Below are positions 43,990 to 58,654 of a DNA stretch of 64,000 nucleotides, piece by piece. Positions within the stretch are counted from its first letter, which is position 1. Each line of letters opens with the position of its first letter. The notes under the pieces are model-generated. The model did no database searches. It saw only the letters and a list, made by a program, of their open reading frames with translations, and was not told where the DNA came from. The stretch lies in the NCBI RefSeq assembly GCF_009914755.1, contig NC_060927.1. One strand, given 5' to 3'. The translations under genes and the position numbers were made by a program. This stretch comes from the human T2T-CHM13v2.0 reference genome, Homo sapiens.

Positions 43990-44820
43990 GGAAGGAGAAG
44001 TAGTAGAGTAGTAGTAGTTTGGTGGAGGAACCCCATAGATCTGGGGACTAGACCTTGAGAAGTAGGTGTTTTCAACTGCTGTTGCTGTTCCTGAGTCTGG
44101 TGGTGTCCCATGGGGCTGGAATCCAAGCCTTTGAGGAGGGCACATCGGCCAGTGATGCTGGTATTTGAAGGATGGGGATGGGAAGTACAATAAAGATAGC
44201 TTTGCAAGTGTTGGGAAAATTGCAAAATAGGAATTTACCTTTGCAACTAGAACAAAGTGCCTCTGCTGGAGTGAAAGGCACTGCAAGGGTGATGCAGGCA
44301 ACAAAGAGGAAAAAGCAAGTCCCTTCTCTCTGCTCCAGCTTTATGGTCTCCTTCTGATGTCCCCATTGGCACAATCTCTGTTCCCTTGGGTTAGCTATTT
44401 AATGTCCTTAATCCTCAATTTCCTCATCTAGTAAGTGGAAATTCACATTAGTCCTACCTTATATATCATTTCATTGATACATGTAATGTGGCACATAAAG
44501 TGAGCTTTTAGTGAACACATTTCTCTAATTATTATTAAAATGGGAAACCTAGGAGGAGAGAAGGAAGTGAGTTATTTTACAGTTCGTTTTTACTCTTTGA
44601 AGGGGATGGGGGGCAGGGAAGAGTGAGTTGTCGGGGTCATGTTGAGTTTGAGTATCTTCTAGAATAGCTTTGTTTTATGTGGAAAGAGTTAAAGTGTAAT
44701 TCTAGACTCAACCAAGAGGTTGATATAACTTTTTCTGAAAATAGCTATGCAGAAACATGAGCAGGGAAATAGGTATGCTCAGGGGTCAGGCGGAAGTTTA
44801 TGAGTCAGAAGACACTAAAG

Positions 44821-45007
44821 CTGTAGTCCTCAAATTCTAGTATGTATCAGAAGCACCTGGAGAGCTTGTTCAAATACAGATTTCAGGGTCCCACCCCTAG
44901 AATTTCTGATTCAGTAGGATGGTGTGGCTTGAAAAGCTGCATTTCCAACAAGCTCCCAGGTGATGCTGATTGCTACTAGTTCAAGCACCACCCTTTGAGC
45001 AGCACTG
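44821..45007 (-). mobile_element. MER5A
   Basis: 'tcagaagcacctggagagcttgtt...tctgattcagtagg...aacaagctcccaggtgatgctgat'. Confidence 0.9.
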
Positions 45008-45084
45008 GTCCAGAAAGCTAAGGCCAGAGCTACAGTCATTGGTTAGTCTCCAGACTACATTTAAAAAGGAAGGGGAAGAAAATA

Positions 45085-45305
45085 ATTGTTAAGAATCTAC
45101 AATGCACCAAAAGTTTTGCATTCTTTAATTTAATGAGCTCAACAACCCTAGGAAGTAGGTGTTGTCATCCAATTTTTCAGATAAGTAAATTGCAACTCAG
45201 CAAGGTAAGAAAGTTGCCCAGAGCCACATGATTAGCAGGGTAGTAACACTGGGACTCAGATCCAGATCTGTCCAACTCAAAAGCCTATATTTTCTCCACT
45301 GTGTC
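45085..45305 (-). mobile_element. MIR SINE
   Basis: 'tcaacaaccctaggaagtagg...tttcagataagtaaattg...ttgcccagagccaca'. Confidence 0.8.
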
Positions 45306-45389
45306 ATGCTGTCAACTTCTCTCGGTAAAGTCAGGAGGGTAATAGGAGGCTTACTGGCTAAGAAAGACCTACAGTTTACAATCAGATTT

Positions 45390-46424
45390 TAACTACCATC
45401 TAGATGGCAACAACTCCCAAATTTATCTTTCCAGGCCAGACCTATCTCCTGAAACCTAGTGCTCAGCTGCCAGCTCAGCATTTCCAACTTCCTCGTCAGC
45501 TTGTCCTAAGTTGAACTGCTAATATTCCTCTCAGAGGTGCTTTACCCTCAGTCTTCCCCCTTCTCGGGTGATGGCAGCTCTATCCTTACAAATGCTTCTT
45601 CTCCCACACTCCATATCTAATCTGTTAGCAAGTCCTCATGGCTGGGTCTTTAAAAGAGACCCAGATTTCCAGCCACTTACCAACACCTGCACAGCCTCTA
45701 CCCTGATCCAAGCCATCAGCGTCTCCGGCATTGATTCCTGCAATAACCATACTGTTTGCTTCCACCTTCGCTCCTCTGGAGTTTATTTTCACTCTGCAGC
45801 CAGAGTGGTCCTTGGAAAATCTGAGTCAGATCATGTCCCTTTCTCCCTGAAACCCTCCAAAGATTCCTCATTTTACTCAGAAAAAAGTCAAAGTCCTGCA
45901 TGACACTGACCCCTATTACCTCTCCCCTACCACTCACCTCCTCCTCTGACCTCCTGCTAGTCCTGCTTTTCCTCTCTTCACCCCAGGCACACTGACCTCT
46001 TTGCTGTTCCATAAACACTGCCAGGTACAGTGTTGCATTAGGGACTCTGTACTGGCTGTTCCCTTTGCCTGAGACACTCTTCCCCCAGATTTCTAATGGT
46101 GAATCCCTTCCTCCTTCCAGCCTTTGCTCATATTTCTCTTTCTCAATGCAGACTATTTAAAATTGCAACCACTTTTACTCCCAGGAATCCTGACCGCCTC
46201 CTCTTCTCTATTTTTTTTTTCATTTTTTCATAGCCTTTCTAAGACACTACATAATGTACTTGTTTGTTGTGTTGATTATATATTGCCTGACTCCCACAGC
46301 CCCCACTAGAATGTAAGCTCTATGAAATCAGGGATCTTTGAATTTTGTTCACTGATGTATCTGAAGTGCCTAAAACTGTGCTTGCCACATAGTAGGTACC
46401 CAATAAATACTTGTGAAATGAATG
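45390..46424 (+). mobile_element. L2a-like 3' region
   Basis: 'gcagccagagtg..tcagatcatgtc', 'ccactagaatgtaagctctatga', and terminal 'cacatagtaggtacccaataaatacttgtgaaatgaatga'. Confidence 0.92.
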
Positions 46425-46984
46425 AGGACAGAACTGAGTTCAAGAGAAACAAGAAAGTAGAAGGGATGCAAAGCGCGAGTAATGATATCAGAGAGAACTA
46501 TTTCAGAACCGGAGCTTTTGGAGAAGGCTTGCCCCACAGTGATGTGGCAGCCAAGGCAGGACTGTGAGTGTGGCCTCCGGGAGGGCAGACGGAAAGGGCA
46601 ATGGGCTGGGAGGAAGGACAAACAGAGAAAACCCAAGATCCAAAGTAGAAGAGCATTCCTTACCTCTTTCCTCAGAAAAGAAATAGAGATGAAAGGAAAA
46701 CTGAAAAATTATTTTCCCTTTTGAAAGTGTTCAAAGTTTCACAGTAACCTTAGAAAGATATGTCATCTCTCAAATCAATGTGATTTTCTTTACTTTACAC
46801 GTCTGTCTATAAAGAAGGGTAAACAGAACCAGCTTCTTTCCTAAGAACCCCTGCCATTTTCCATAGTTTGGGCTCCTGTATCATTTCTGCATGAACCAGA
46901 AGGGCATAAATAAGAAATACTTCCTAGATGGCCACAGAAGCAGCAGCTCCATCCACCCCAGGCAGAGTCCCAGGGCCTAGGCTG

Positions 46985-47560
46985 TCAGTACTCTCTGTGG
47001 GGGCAGTAACAGGAAACCCAACTAAGATTGCCTTAAACAAGCAGGGTAAGAGGGTGGGGAGGAGAAAAATTATTGGCTTTTGGAATGTAAAGGTCCAGAG
47101 TTTTGTCAGTTTCAGGGCTGGCTTGATCTAGGCACAGACACTGTGTCATCAGGAATCTGATTTTCTCCATCAGCAGGCTTTCCTTTCCTCTGACTTGGCA
47201 TTATTTCCAGAAAGGCTTGCTCCAGATATGGCCTCTAGCATCTCTAGGCTTACATTTTCTCACAGTAGTCATCCCATCAGAAAAAAAAGAAAAAAAATCT
47301 TTGACAAGCATTCCAAGACAACTTCCATGTCTATCTCTCCTTGGCCTGACTGGTGTTCTCTCCCCTAAACAAATCACCATGCCCAGGGAATATACTCCTC
47401 TTATTGTCTAGTCCTGAGCCTAACACTTGCCCACTCCTGGAGCCAAAAGATGATCAGACCCCAAATGGACCGAATGTGGAAAAGGATGAATTCCCAAAAA
47501 GAAAAATCGGGACTCTTTTATCTGAAAAGAAGAAATGGCTGCCTAACTGGCTGCAAAGTA
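46985..47560 (-). mobile_element. Old MLT1-type LTR
   Basis: 'gcagtaacaggaaacccaactaagattgccttaaacaa', 'ttcagggctggcttgatctagg'. Confidence 0.6.
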
Positions 47561-48479
47561 TACTGGTGTTTTTTCAAAGTTTTATAGGAATCTTACTGCT
47601 TATATAACCATGATCTTAGGAATATGCAAGAAGCAAGGGCCAGAATTATTTATCTTAATTTAGAAAGTCCATACTTTTGCAAGAGTAAGATATTTTCAGT
47701 GACTCCCATCATTGAGGACAAGTTTGGTTTTTTTAAAATAATCCTAGACACTGCCGAGTCCTGTGTCACTTTCCCCCTTGGCAGATGTCTAATATTTCCC
47801 AGATTCAATGCTGTTAGACATTAGGAAAATACAGACACAGGCAAAATGTGCCAACAGAGCCTTTCTCTATGTCCTCCAGCCCCCTATTTTGGGGCCTCAG
47901 CAAATGGCATCACCTTGAACACTCTGTTTCCAGGTCCTCCCTCCATCTTGGCCCTGGGTTCTCCTGGCTGCCCATCATGCTGGCTCAGTCCTACCCTCCA
48001 AAAACCTCATCCCTTTCTGTTGTTGTGGTTGTGAAAAGTTTGCAAAAATACTCTGGAAAAACTAGGACCTTCAGACCCTACCTCAGGAATCTAAAAACAT
48101 CTCAAAAGTTCCCTTCTAGGACTACTCACAAGTCTGACCCTGACACCCACATGTCTGGAATCCAACAAGAAAGCCCACAAGAACAAGCTCAGGTTTTCTT
48201 TTTCTTGAATTGGGCAAGTCATCATCATCCTCTGGGGCAGGAATTGCAGTGCTAAAAGTAAATGTAGTGATTACCTACTCTGGCCCTATCTTTTCTTAAG
48301 TAGGGGAAAAAAAAAGATTTGCAGACAAATGGTGGGAGTACAGATGGCACTACCGGTTGCTGTTGAGAAAGCCCACTTGGTGGTGATTCAGAACAGCACC
48401 AGCAATAATAGAAAGGAAAGGAAGAGAGGAATCAACACTCCCAGCCTGGTTTCTTGCCCTTTGTTATCTTGAAGCTTTA

Positions 48480-49235
48480 TTTTATTCTTTCATTTATTAA
48501 TTTATTCCTTTGGTAAATATTCATTTAGTGCCTATTATGTGCCAGGCACAAGGCGGGTCTCAGAAGAAAAAGATCCTGTCCTTCCTCTTAGACACTCAGT
48601 CTAATGGGGAGAAGAACACATAGGTACTACAATGTGCACAGTAAACCCAGAAATGGAACAGGCAGTGACAGGGGAGACTAAGGAGCATGGAAGAGGCACT
48701 CCTATCCAGCTCAGGGGCTGTGGGAGCACAGGCAGGGGTGGGGCTCGTGGAAAACCCCCTGGATGCGATGAAAGTAAGCTGAGTCTTAATGAATGAGTTG
48801 GCGGGGGATGGAGGTGGGTGAAGGAAGAACAGCATAGTGGGTGGAAAACATTTCCGACAGAAGGAGGACAGCAAAAATCAAGGCAGCCAAGATGTAGCTT
48901 GGCATGTACACGTGGTGACAAGAGAACTCAACAAGAACAAGATCATGTAGAAGTTTTTAGGGCAAGTTAAGAAACTTGGCAATGCCAACTGAGGAACTAT
49001 CAACACATTTTATGCAGGGTAGTAATGTGATCCAATTTTCATTTTTGATGGATCATTCTGGCAGCCATGTCAGGGATAGATTTTAAGAGGACAAGATAAG
49101 TCAGGGAGGAAAATAGATGAAAGACTGAACCAATAAAATGGTGGCAAAGAAAGGAAGAAAGATATTTGAGAAATGCTTAGGAATTAAAAACAGAATGATT
49201 TGGGGCTTGATTGGATGTGGGAATGAAAGAAGAGT
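48480..49235 (-). mobile_element. L2 fragment
   Basis: 'tttagtgcctattatgtgccaggcac', 'gatcattctggcagc', 'gattggatgtggg'. Confidence 0.8.
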
Positions 49236-49666
49236 GAAACAGAGACTAGGGTCTGCTTACCAGCTGGTGACTACAAAAAGCAGGAGGCGGGCTGAAGTAA
49301 TTTGCTATAGAAGGCAAGGAGAGCAGAAATCGGAACAATCTGTACTTTTGGGGTGGTAAGGATGCTAGAGCTTCTCATGAACTACATGGGTACAATGGAA
49401 AGTAAGGATGTTCAAGCCATCTTGATGGGATCTACCCAAGAAAGCCACCCAGGGGAAGAGGGAAGCTTAGGAGTTAGAGGCTGTGGGATAGACTGCCAAA
49501 TGCAAGAGCTGAGGTCACTGTAGAATGCATCACTCACATCACTCTGGAAATCCCCACAGGAGGAATTTCAAAGAACACACACATGTCCCATGAAAGAACC
49601 AGACAATGTTAACCAGGATGGACAATAGCAGCAAAAATGACAAAAGAAAAAAAAAGACTTGCTTCT

Positions 49667-50024
49667 TGCATTAGTTCATTTTCATGCTGCTGATAAAGAC
49701 ATACCCGAGACTGAGTAATTTATAAAGAAAAAGAGGTTTAATGGACAGTTCCACATGGCTGGGGAGGCCTCACAATCATGGCAGAAGATGAAAGGCACAT
49801 CTTACATGGCAGCAGGCAAGAAAGAGTGAGAGCCAAGTGAAAGGGGAAACCTTTTATAAAACCATCAGATCTTGTGAGACTTATTCACTACCACAAGAAT
49901 AGTATAGGGAAAACTGCCCCCGTGATTCAATTATCTCCCATCAGGTCCCTCCCACAACACATGGGAATTATGGGAGCTACAATTCAAGGTGAGATTGGGG
50001 TGAAGACACAGCCAAACCATATCA
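49667..50024 (-). mobile_element. THE1 (THE1B-like) solo LTR
   Basis: 'tgcattagttcattttcatgctgctgataaagacatacccgagactg...gacacagccaaaccatatca'. Perfect 5-bp TSD cttct at 49662-49666 and 50025-50029. Confidence 0.96.
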
Positions 50025-50739
50025 CTTCTCTTCATCTGACTGAGAAAGGCTGAGAAAGAAGGAAAGACTCTTCAGACTTGGATGTGACATTGATGTTTTG
50101 ATGTTAGACTGACCTGAACCTTCCAACACAGGAAAATGAGTTAGAATTACCTAAATAAGACTTTTATTTACATAGCTGAAAGTGACTAGAGTAGAATGTA
50201 CTCAAGATCTTGTTAAACAATGAAAGGAGACAAGTGTGTCACTATTGAGAACACTGTTTGAGGAAAAATAACATCAATTCCTTACTGTCTTGTTTCTCCC
50301 AAAATTTGTTCCACCAAGTTCATCTCATTCTCTAAAATAGTTACACTAACATCTTGGCACTCCCTCTTTACATAAGGTAAGGCCATTATTAATGAAACTA
50401 GAGATGTATATTTATTTCATATAGCCATCCTGATAATGAAAATTTATTTTAGCTGATCTTGTCAGATCATTAGGTCATCACCATTTTTTACCTTGACTGA
50501 TAATGAAAAAGCATTATCAACTCTGTTGCTTCTTGTTGTTTGCTTGTGCTTGCCTTTAGTATAGTCTTCAAACACTTTCTTTGTACAAATCTGCTTAATC
50601 CACTTATTCTTTTGTAACAGTTTAGTTAAAACTAGATATAAGTTATAAATGCTCTTCAAGTGGTACAAATAAAAGCTGCAACATCAATCACAATACTCTG
50701 AAAGCAAATGAGTGAGGTTGCCAAGGTCAACCCTTCCCA

Positions 50740-50777
50740 AACACACACACACACACACACACACATACACACACACA
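50740..50777. repeat. (CA)n microsatellite
   Basis: About 18 units with one TA interruption. Confidence 0.95.
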
Positions 50778-51458
50778 AAGTAGAGCTCTCATTGTTGCCT
50801 TGAAATACCTCAAAGACTGTGTGTAACATGTAACCATCTAATATACACTAAAGGCACCAGTGTCAATGCATATTCATTATTAGTAAAGCTTAACTTTAGA
50901 TGGAAAAAAAAATGAGAGCTCTCACATTTCTGCCCACCTCTTGGGGAAAGTGGAGGAGTCATTGCTCACACTGCCCTGGAAAGCGTGTCCTCCATCTGGA
51001 GATCAACAATGAGGTCCACCTGTTCTGCAGACTCGGCCGGCTCAAGTGATCTGCCAACACTCTGGCTGGTTGCTCTTTGCTCTCTTCTGCCCTTTTGAGG
51101 TCATACTACCTCCCCTTAGGCTTTCAGGAACCCCTAGATAGTCTCAGGGAGCCCACATTACATAGCAGCTTCTACTTTTTTGACCCTGAAACACAAAATT
51201 CTGATTACTTTCCCTGAGCAATGGGAATGAGGAGTGAGGAGAGGGATTTGTCTGTGATTCACCTGTGAGTCATCTTTTAAAAGGGCACCAGGTGTCTCTC
51301 ACTGAAACAGAGACCAAAGAGCAAGGTTAACCTCTGGGCAGGCATTCTACCCCACACAGAGGAAGCAGCAATCCTAGAAGGATGGGTCTTGAAGGCCCAG
51401 GTGACAGAACCAAGTGAAGGGTACCGTTTTGGGAAAGAGTTGTTGATTTATTTATTGG

Positions 51459-51769
<311 letters not shown>

Positions 51770-52994
51770 TAATTAAGTGAACAACAAGGATTCTGGTTAG
51801 ATTATAAACTACAGGAGGTTGTGCAATGGCAGCAAGAACCTTCTCTTCAACTCTGTTCCCTTGAAAGTTTCTGAACTCCTTTCCACCTACAGTCATCTTA
51901 ATGCTTTCAGCTTCCTTATTCCTTACTGATGCTCCCTTTTGATCCCAGCACTTTACTAATTCCCTGAGGCTATCTCACATCATTCTGCTTACCCTGAAAA
52001 ACCACTACCTTTCTGATCTTTTCTAAGCTACCTATATGCTTGGACTCTTGGTAATATTTTAGATACTCCAGTTTGTCTTCAAAGTCTCCTAACTCTCCTA
52101 TTCCCCTGTCCTTGAGGATATTTTTGTAGTTTTCATAGGGAAGTTTATCTTTTATTCTGGGTCCAGATCTATGTCTATTTTTCTTTATCTTTTCATGAGT
52201 ATACAGTATTTGGGATTGTATCACACATAAGAATTTTTTTGTTTATACATATAGCTCTTTCATGCCTTTTTTGTGGTTACATCTTAAAAAGAATTCTGAA
52301 ATAATAAAAATAGTTGGAATAAAAAGTAAAAAAAAACTTTAAAAGTAGTACAAATTGGGTTATTTTTACAAATTAAAAAGAGGTAAGAAGGACAGAGATA
52401 ATGTGTAATTTTGGCAGATTTCATCACATTATCACATGCAAAATGTTGTATGAATTCTAATCTATTTTTTCCTTAGCCCCATTTAAGTAACAAATGCTAT
52501 TTCCATTTTAGTGCTAGCAGTGAAATGGATATGAAATAACACTGAATGAGGATGCATATGTGTGTGTATGTGTATATTCTATTTAGTTATAGAAAAACCT
52601 ACCAATCTATTCCATCATTGTTGCAATCCTTTCCCGTGCTCACCAAAACTTCTCCTAATATTAAAATAAATGTCACCAACTGTATTCAAGTAGGAAGTTT
52701 CATGTAACACTCAATCCACACAGGCTGGTAGAATTTCCTAGTTAGACACATAAGATAGTATTTGTCATACTGATGTTGGTGAACATTTTCTCTATATTCA
52801 TCTTGTGAGCTGCTGCTGCTTAAATTTGAAAGTTTGTAGGAATCTGCTTAATCCACTTGATTCATGTTGTAAACCTACAAATGCAAGTTGCCAGATCTAT
52901 CTATGTATTGCAAGTCTTATTAGTTCTACAGGTTCATTCCAGAGTAATAATTTGAGCAATAATTAGTGTAGTCAGTTCTCCCACATTCATCAAT

Positions 52995-53275
52995 GATATG
53001 AAGTCTCCCTCTGTCTCCCAGGCTGGAGTGCAGTGGTGCAATCTCAGCTCACTGCAACCTCTACCTCACAGGTTCAAGAGATTCTTGTGCTCAGCATCCC
53101 GAGTAGCTGGAATTCCAGGCACACAGCACCAAGCCCAGCTAATTTTTGTATTTTTAGTAGAGACAGGGTTTCCCCATGTTGGCCAGGCTGGTCTTGAACT
53201 CCTGGCCTCAAGTGATCCACCTGCCTGGCCCTCCCAAAGTGCTGGGATTACAGGCGTGAGCCACCATGCCAGGCC
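52995..53275 (-). mobile_element. AluS (Sz-like) lacking its A tail
   Basis: Full antisense body, but no poly-T at the left end. Confidence 0.93.
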
Positions 53276-53528
53276 ATCAATTTCTTTAAAAAAAAAAAAA
53301 AACTAAAGAATAAAAGGATAAAATACTATTTTAGGTTACTTTAACCAAAGAAAATGCATGAAGAACAGAAATTGTATTTTCAAAGGCAAGCAATACTGTC
53401 TTACCTGAGCTTCCAGAATTCTTTTCTCTTTCACTTATTCAATTTTTCATTCAAAAATTTTGGTCAAGTAAAATGACTACAAAATGCACTGAGCTTTCAA
53501 GATTCCTTTTACCATGTAAAAGGAGCCA

Positions 53529-53972
53529 TGTAGCTCTTGGTGCCTCACCAAGGGCTTTAGCTGCTCTGGCTGTCCAGCTGCACAGTTGGCTGCTAATGGC
53601 TCACAGCTGCTCTCTCCTTGAGAGAACTGCCCTCAGCCAAACTGGAACCACCTGACCCAGACGGCTGGGCTGTGTCTCCCCACCCCATTCCCTACAGGGA
53701 CAGACCCCAGCCAGTGACTGGCATTTGGAGATCAAAAGCCAGTCCCCTTGCCTCAAGAGGATCAAACATTGAGGTGTAATTAGTGTTTCAGATCTTCCCC
53801 TGTGGGAGCAGGCAGAAGGTAGTCTCTGGCTGAGACCGCATCCTTGCTTAGCTCCTTCCCTTATCTTATCCTGTTTCTGCATTTCCCTTCTTCTGGGAAC
53901 ACTGCCCCAATAAATCATTCAAAGAAGAATCCTCATCCCAGGCTCTGCTTCTAAGGAACTTGACGTAAGATA
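53529..53972 (+). mobile_element. LTR16-family ERVL solo LTR
   Basis: 'ggctcacagctg...gagaactgccctcagcc', AATAAA, and 'caggctctgcttctaaggaac'. Confidence 0.82.
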
Positions 53973-55229
53973 ACTCCTAAACAAAACATTTCTCAAAAAG
54001 AACAATTATTGCCTGATCATCTGAGTTAAATCTCTGAGACTGATGCCATTCTGCTCAGTATTTTACATATCATATATATAAATTAATAGTTATAACATTA
54101 TTAAATAACTAATATTGATATCTACAATATCATTTACTATCTATAACAGTATTTAATATGTAAGACATCAGAGGATCCTAGTAAGCAATGACCTCTGGAG
54201 AAACCTCTTACCCTTATTTTAAAAAAAAGAAAAATAGTTGACTGGTGTATTTCAAAGCAGGCAAGGTGGAAACAATGCGCCAATTAAAGATATTCTGTTT
54301 GAGTAGCAATTAGATTATACAAGAGCAGGAATTCTATCTCCAAAAGAGGATTCACAAATTCAACTCTGCAAAATTTTTAGGCAAAATTTTTAGACAATAA
54401 TAGTGGTTTCCTAGGCTTCTCTTCAGCCTGTTAGCACCTTCTAGCTGTACACAAGCTGTACAGAACGCTTAAAAGTGGTTAGGGGATCTGGCCAAGCCGG
54501 AGAAAACAGCATGATAATTAATCACCTCAACCTAGACTGAATTCTCAATGTTGTTTTAATGGCTCAGTCCTCCTCTGAGCTATCAAGTCCTTTTACAGAA
54601 TAAACCTGTGTAGCCAACACTCTATTGTTTCAGCTTTAATGGGAAGATGATTCATTCCACACATATCTATTGAGTTTTTGCTATGTGCATAGTACTTTGT
54701 TAGGTGCTGGGTAGAACCCAGAGGAGTAAATATGCTGTTTGGACACCAGAGATATGCACAAAACCAAGGCTTTGGAATATTATGCTATGGAGGACCCAAA
54801 CTCATGTCAATCTGGAAGTATGTCTACCTTCTCAATCTTCCTCACTCCTCTCTTCTCAGTTCTACTTTCCATCATGCATTACTCTTTTGTTTTACTTTCC
54901 CTCAGATGTATGTAACTGTTTGAAATCCTACTTCTCCTTTTATTCTATGGTTCCTCTCCATGATGTATCATCCAAACCCCTTCCTTTTATGCTTCCTAGG
55001 GAGAGGAGAATAAACAGGAATTAAGCTATTTGATTTAAAAAAGACATTATGGATTGTCTAGCCAAGGATGAAGAAGGTGCTATAGCCTAGATTCAATGAA
55101 AATCACCCAATTGCAAGAAAGCCAAATAGTTCTTTTCACATTTCTGAATTTGGCAACTGTCAAAGATAGATTCAGTTCATTGGCAGAATGAATGAGCCTA
55201 GTTAAGGATCCTTTATATTGACCTCACAT

Positions 55230-55410
55230 TATGGAGTTTACAAATTTTTTAGACATATTCCATCTGATCTTCACAGCAATCTTGTGAGGTCAACCTGCCA
55301 CATCAGAGGAAACTGAGGTTCAGGGAAGTTGAATGGCTTGTCTAAATTCACCTTGTAATAAGAGGACAGTCAGGGCTTGAATCCAAGTCTTTTAGCTCCA
55401 AGCCTTTCAA
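55230..55410 (-). mobile_element. MIR SINE
   Basis: 'gaggaaactgaggttcagggaagttgaatggcttgtc'. Confidence 0.8.
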
Positions 55411-56109
55411 CTACTCCAGGATTACCTCCAGAGCCCTGGATTCCTTCAAGTGTTTTTCTTATCATTTCTCTCCCATTTCAGACACTACCTAAATTAGCAA
55501 TATAATTGTCCTTAAGAAAAGCTAATCTTTGGGATATTACAATTTACCCTCTGTACTGCCCAACTCTTTAGAAGAGTAGATAGATAATGTATGGACCATC
55601 ACTGTAGGGACAGTAATTACATTAACTACCTTTCTTTCTCTTTTCATTTAGCAGGTAATGCTGCTGCAAGACGCAATATTTTACTGACCAAAATGGTCAG
55701 TAGGAACTACCAGAATTGAAATGAAGAAAATTGATGAAAGCATATCTTGCTAGATTTATGTACTATTTTTTTAAAAAAAAAACATTCCCGTACAATATAA
55801 AAGGAAAAGCAAGAACATGCATGACGAAACAAGTTTAGGTCTTTGAGTAAGTGCCTTATTTTCGTATCTGTTGTATGACTTAACTGCTTATTTTCTCATG
55901 TGAATAATAGGGATAGAGATTAATGTTCTCAACATGGGCCTATCATCAGAGTCATCCAGGCATCTTTATTTTAGGACAGTAGCTTAAAGTATTCATTCAT
56001 ACACAGTCTTGTATGTTGCATCAATATTCTTATGTTTTATTCATTGATGATCAATGCCTAGATCTATTGCTATTACCTAGATCCATTGACTCATTAAGAG
56101 TTACAGAAT

Positions 56110-56410
56110 GACTAGGCGTGGTGGCTCATGCCTGTAATCCCAGCGCTTTGGGAGGCCGAGGCGGGCAGATCATTTGAGGTCAGGAGTTTGAAACCAGCAT
56201 GACCAACATGGTGAAACCCCATCTCTACTAAAACACAAAAATCAGCTGGGCATGGTGGCAGGCACCTATAATCTCAGCGACTAGGAAGGCTGAGGCAGGA
56301 GAATCTCTTGAATCCAGGAGGTGAAAGTTGCAGTGAGCCACGATCGCACCATTGCACTCCAGCGTGGGCAACAGAGCAAGACTCTCTCTCTCAAAAAAAA
56401 ATAATAATAA
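56110..56410 (+). mobile_element. AluS
   Basis: Full dimer with A-rich tail. Confidence 0.94.
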
Positions 56411-56449
56411 TTTAGGGCCAACCTGGTTTGATCCACATCTATCTTCTTG

Positions 56450-57190
56450 TCCACTTCTCTTCCTCGCAATTATTTTAAAATGGATCCTTTTATTTTATTA
56501 ATAAATATTCATATTCATTTCATCCATAAATATTTCAGTATCTCTGAAAACATACCCACAATGCAATTGTCACACCTAACAAAATTAATAATATTTTTAA
56601 AAATTTGTGTGATTAAATCAACAGCCTAATAAGCTCCAGCTTCAGTTGATGGCTATGTCTCTTAAGTCTTTTTTACTTGATAGATTCCCCTTCTTTTTTC
56701 CCCCCTTGCAATGTATTGGATGAAGAAACTAGATGACTTGACCTATAGACTTTCTCACAGTCTGGATTTTGATGACCGATTTCCCTGGTGTCATTTAGCA
56801 TGTTCCTCTGTCCTCTGTATCTTCTGCAAATTGAAAGTGAGATACAGAGATTTGATGAGATCCTAGTTTAATTTTTTGTTGAGAACATTTTACATGTTGT
56901 ATTGTGTACTTTCATCAGGAGAGCCATTTTGTGTTATTCACAGCTATTGATGACCATTGCCCAGATTCACTGATTCATTAGGAGCTACAGAATGGTGATA
57001 TTCTAACATTCTTTCTTTACTTACTAGCTGCAATGCTACAATAAAGAGAAACTGTCCCTAAACAGCTGTATAATTTTCTCGATAGAGTTGGTAAATGAAA
57101 AGCAGGATGAGTACATGATTTTCCTCTTTATTTGCCAGATTTTAAAATAATAAATTATTTATTTAGCATCCTCCAAATGTGACTAATGAA
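56450..57190 (-). mobile_element. L1MC4/MC5-like 3' region, antisense
   Basis: 'tgaagaaactagatg...ctcacagtctggattttg...ttcctctgtcctctgtat...ctacaataaagagaaact'. Confidence 0.7.
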
Positions 57191-57484
<294 letters not shown>

Positions 57485-57791
57485 TAAATTTCCTTTTAAT
57501 GAGTATCTCCTTAAAGTACAGATGCCCAGGCCCAACCACAGACCTACTGAGTCAGAGTTACCAGAGATAGAACCTGGCCTCTGCATGTTTAAAAGTCTTC
57601 CTGAATGATTCTGAAGCATGATTTATAGCCCAGCTATTAAGAATGTCTGGGCCAGGTGACTGCTAAAGTCCATCCAAGCACTAGCATTCTGCAAGTCTAT
57701 AATGTGCAATTAATTATAGATTGCATATATCACTACCCCCATTCTGCTGTATGTAACATGGCTGGTGAAATAGTGTCAATAAGATGTTCAA

Positions 57792-58029
57792 GGCCAGGTG
57801 CATTGGCTCACACCTATAATCCCAGCACTTTGGGAGGCCAAGGCAGGCAGATCACCTGAGGTCAAGAGTTCGAGGCCAGCATGGCCAACATGGTGAAACT
57901 CCGTCTCTACTAAAAATACAAAAATTAGCTGGGCGTGGTAGCACACGCCTGTAGTCCCAGCTACTCAGGAGACTGAGGCAGGAGAATCACTTGAACCTAG
58001 GAGGTGGAGGTTGCAGTGAGAAAAAAAAG
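57792..58029 (+). mobile_element. AluSx-like missing the last ~50 nt before the A tail
   Basis: Ends 'aggttgcagtgag' plus A9. TSD aag(a/g)tgttca on both sides. Confidence 0.93.
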
Positions 58030-58227
58030 AAGGTGTTCAGACAACAACTAGAAATTTTCAATAGCTTAGCACCCAGTTCCTTAAGAGTGCTGCACAGATA
58101 GCCAAGAATACTTTTATTTTCCACCCAAAGGGTGGAGGTTGGTACTTTCAGTTACAAATAGTTCCGGATGCCCCTATCTTCCAAATCCACACTCCTAGAG
58201 ATCATGGGCACATGGATTAATGTTTGA

Positions 58228-58533
<306 letters not shown>

Positions 58534-58654
58534 TGAGTCAGCTCTTCTTGCCATGAAGTATCCATGAAGGCAACACACATGGGTGGGATTCAGGGGCCAA
58601 GCCAACAAGACATAAATCACTATGATTATCTGCCTTTTGAAACATAAGAAAGAC

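Noticed and set aside
43849-44374. 151-aa and overlapping minus-strand ORFs
   Set aside because: They run through an old LTR-like segment and an AluJ including its poly-T (poly-Phe). No protein family signature.
56040-56995. Similar segments at about 56045-56109 and 56947-56995
   Set aside because: Both lie in antisense L1MC-type 3' sequence and are most simply explained as repeat-derived similarity.
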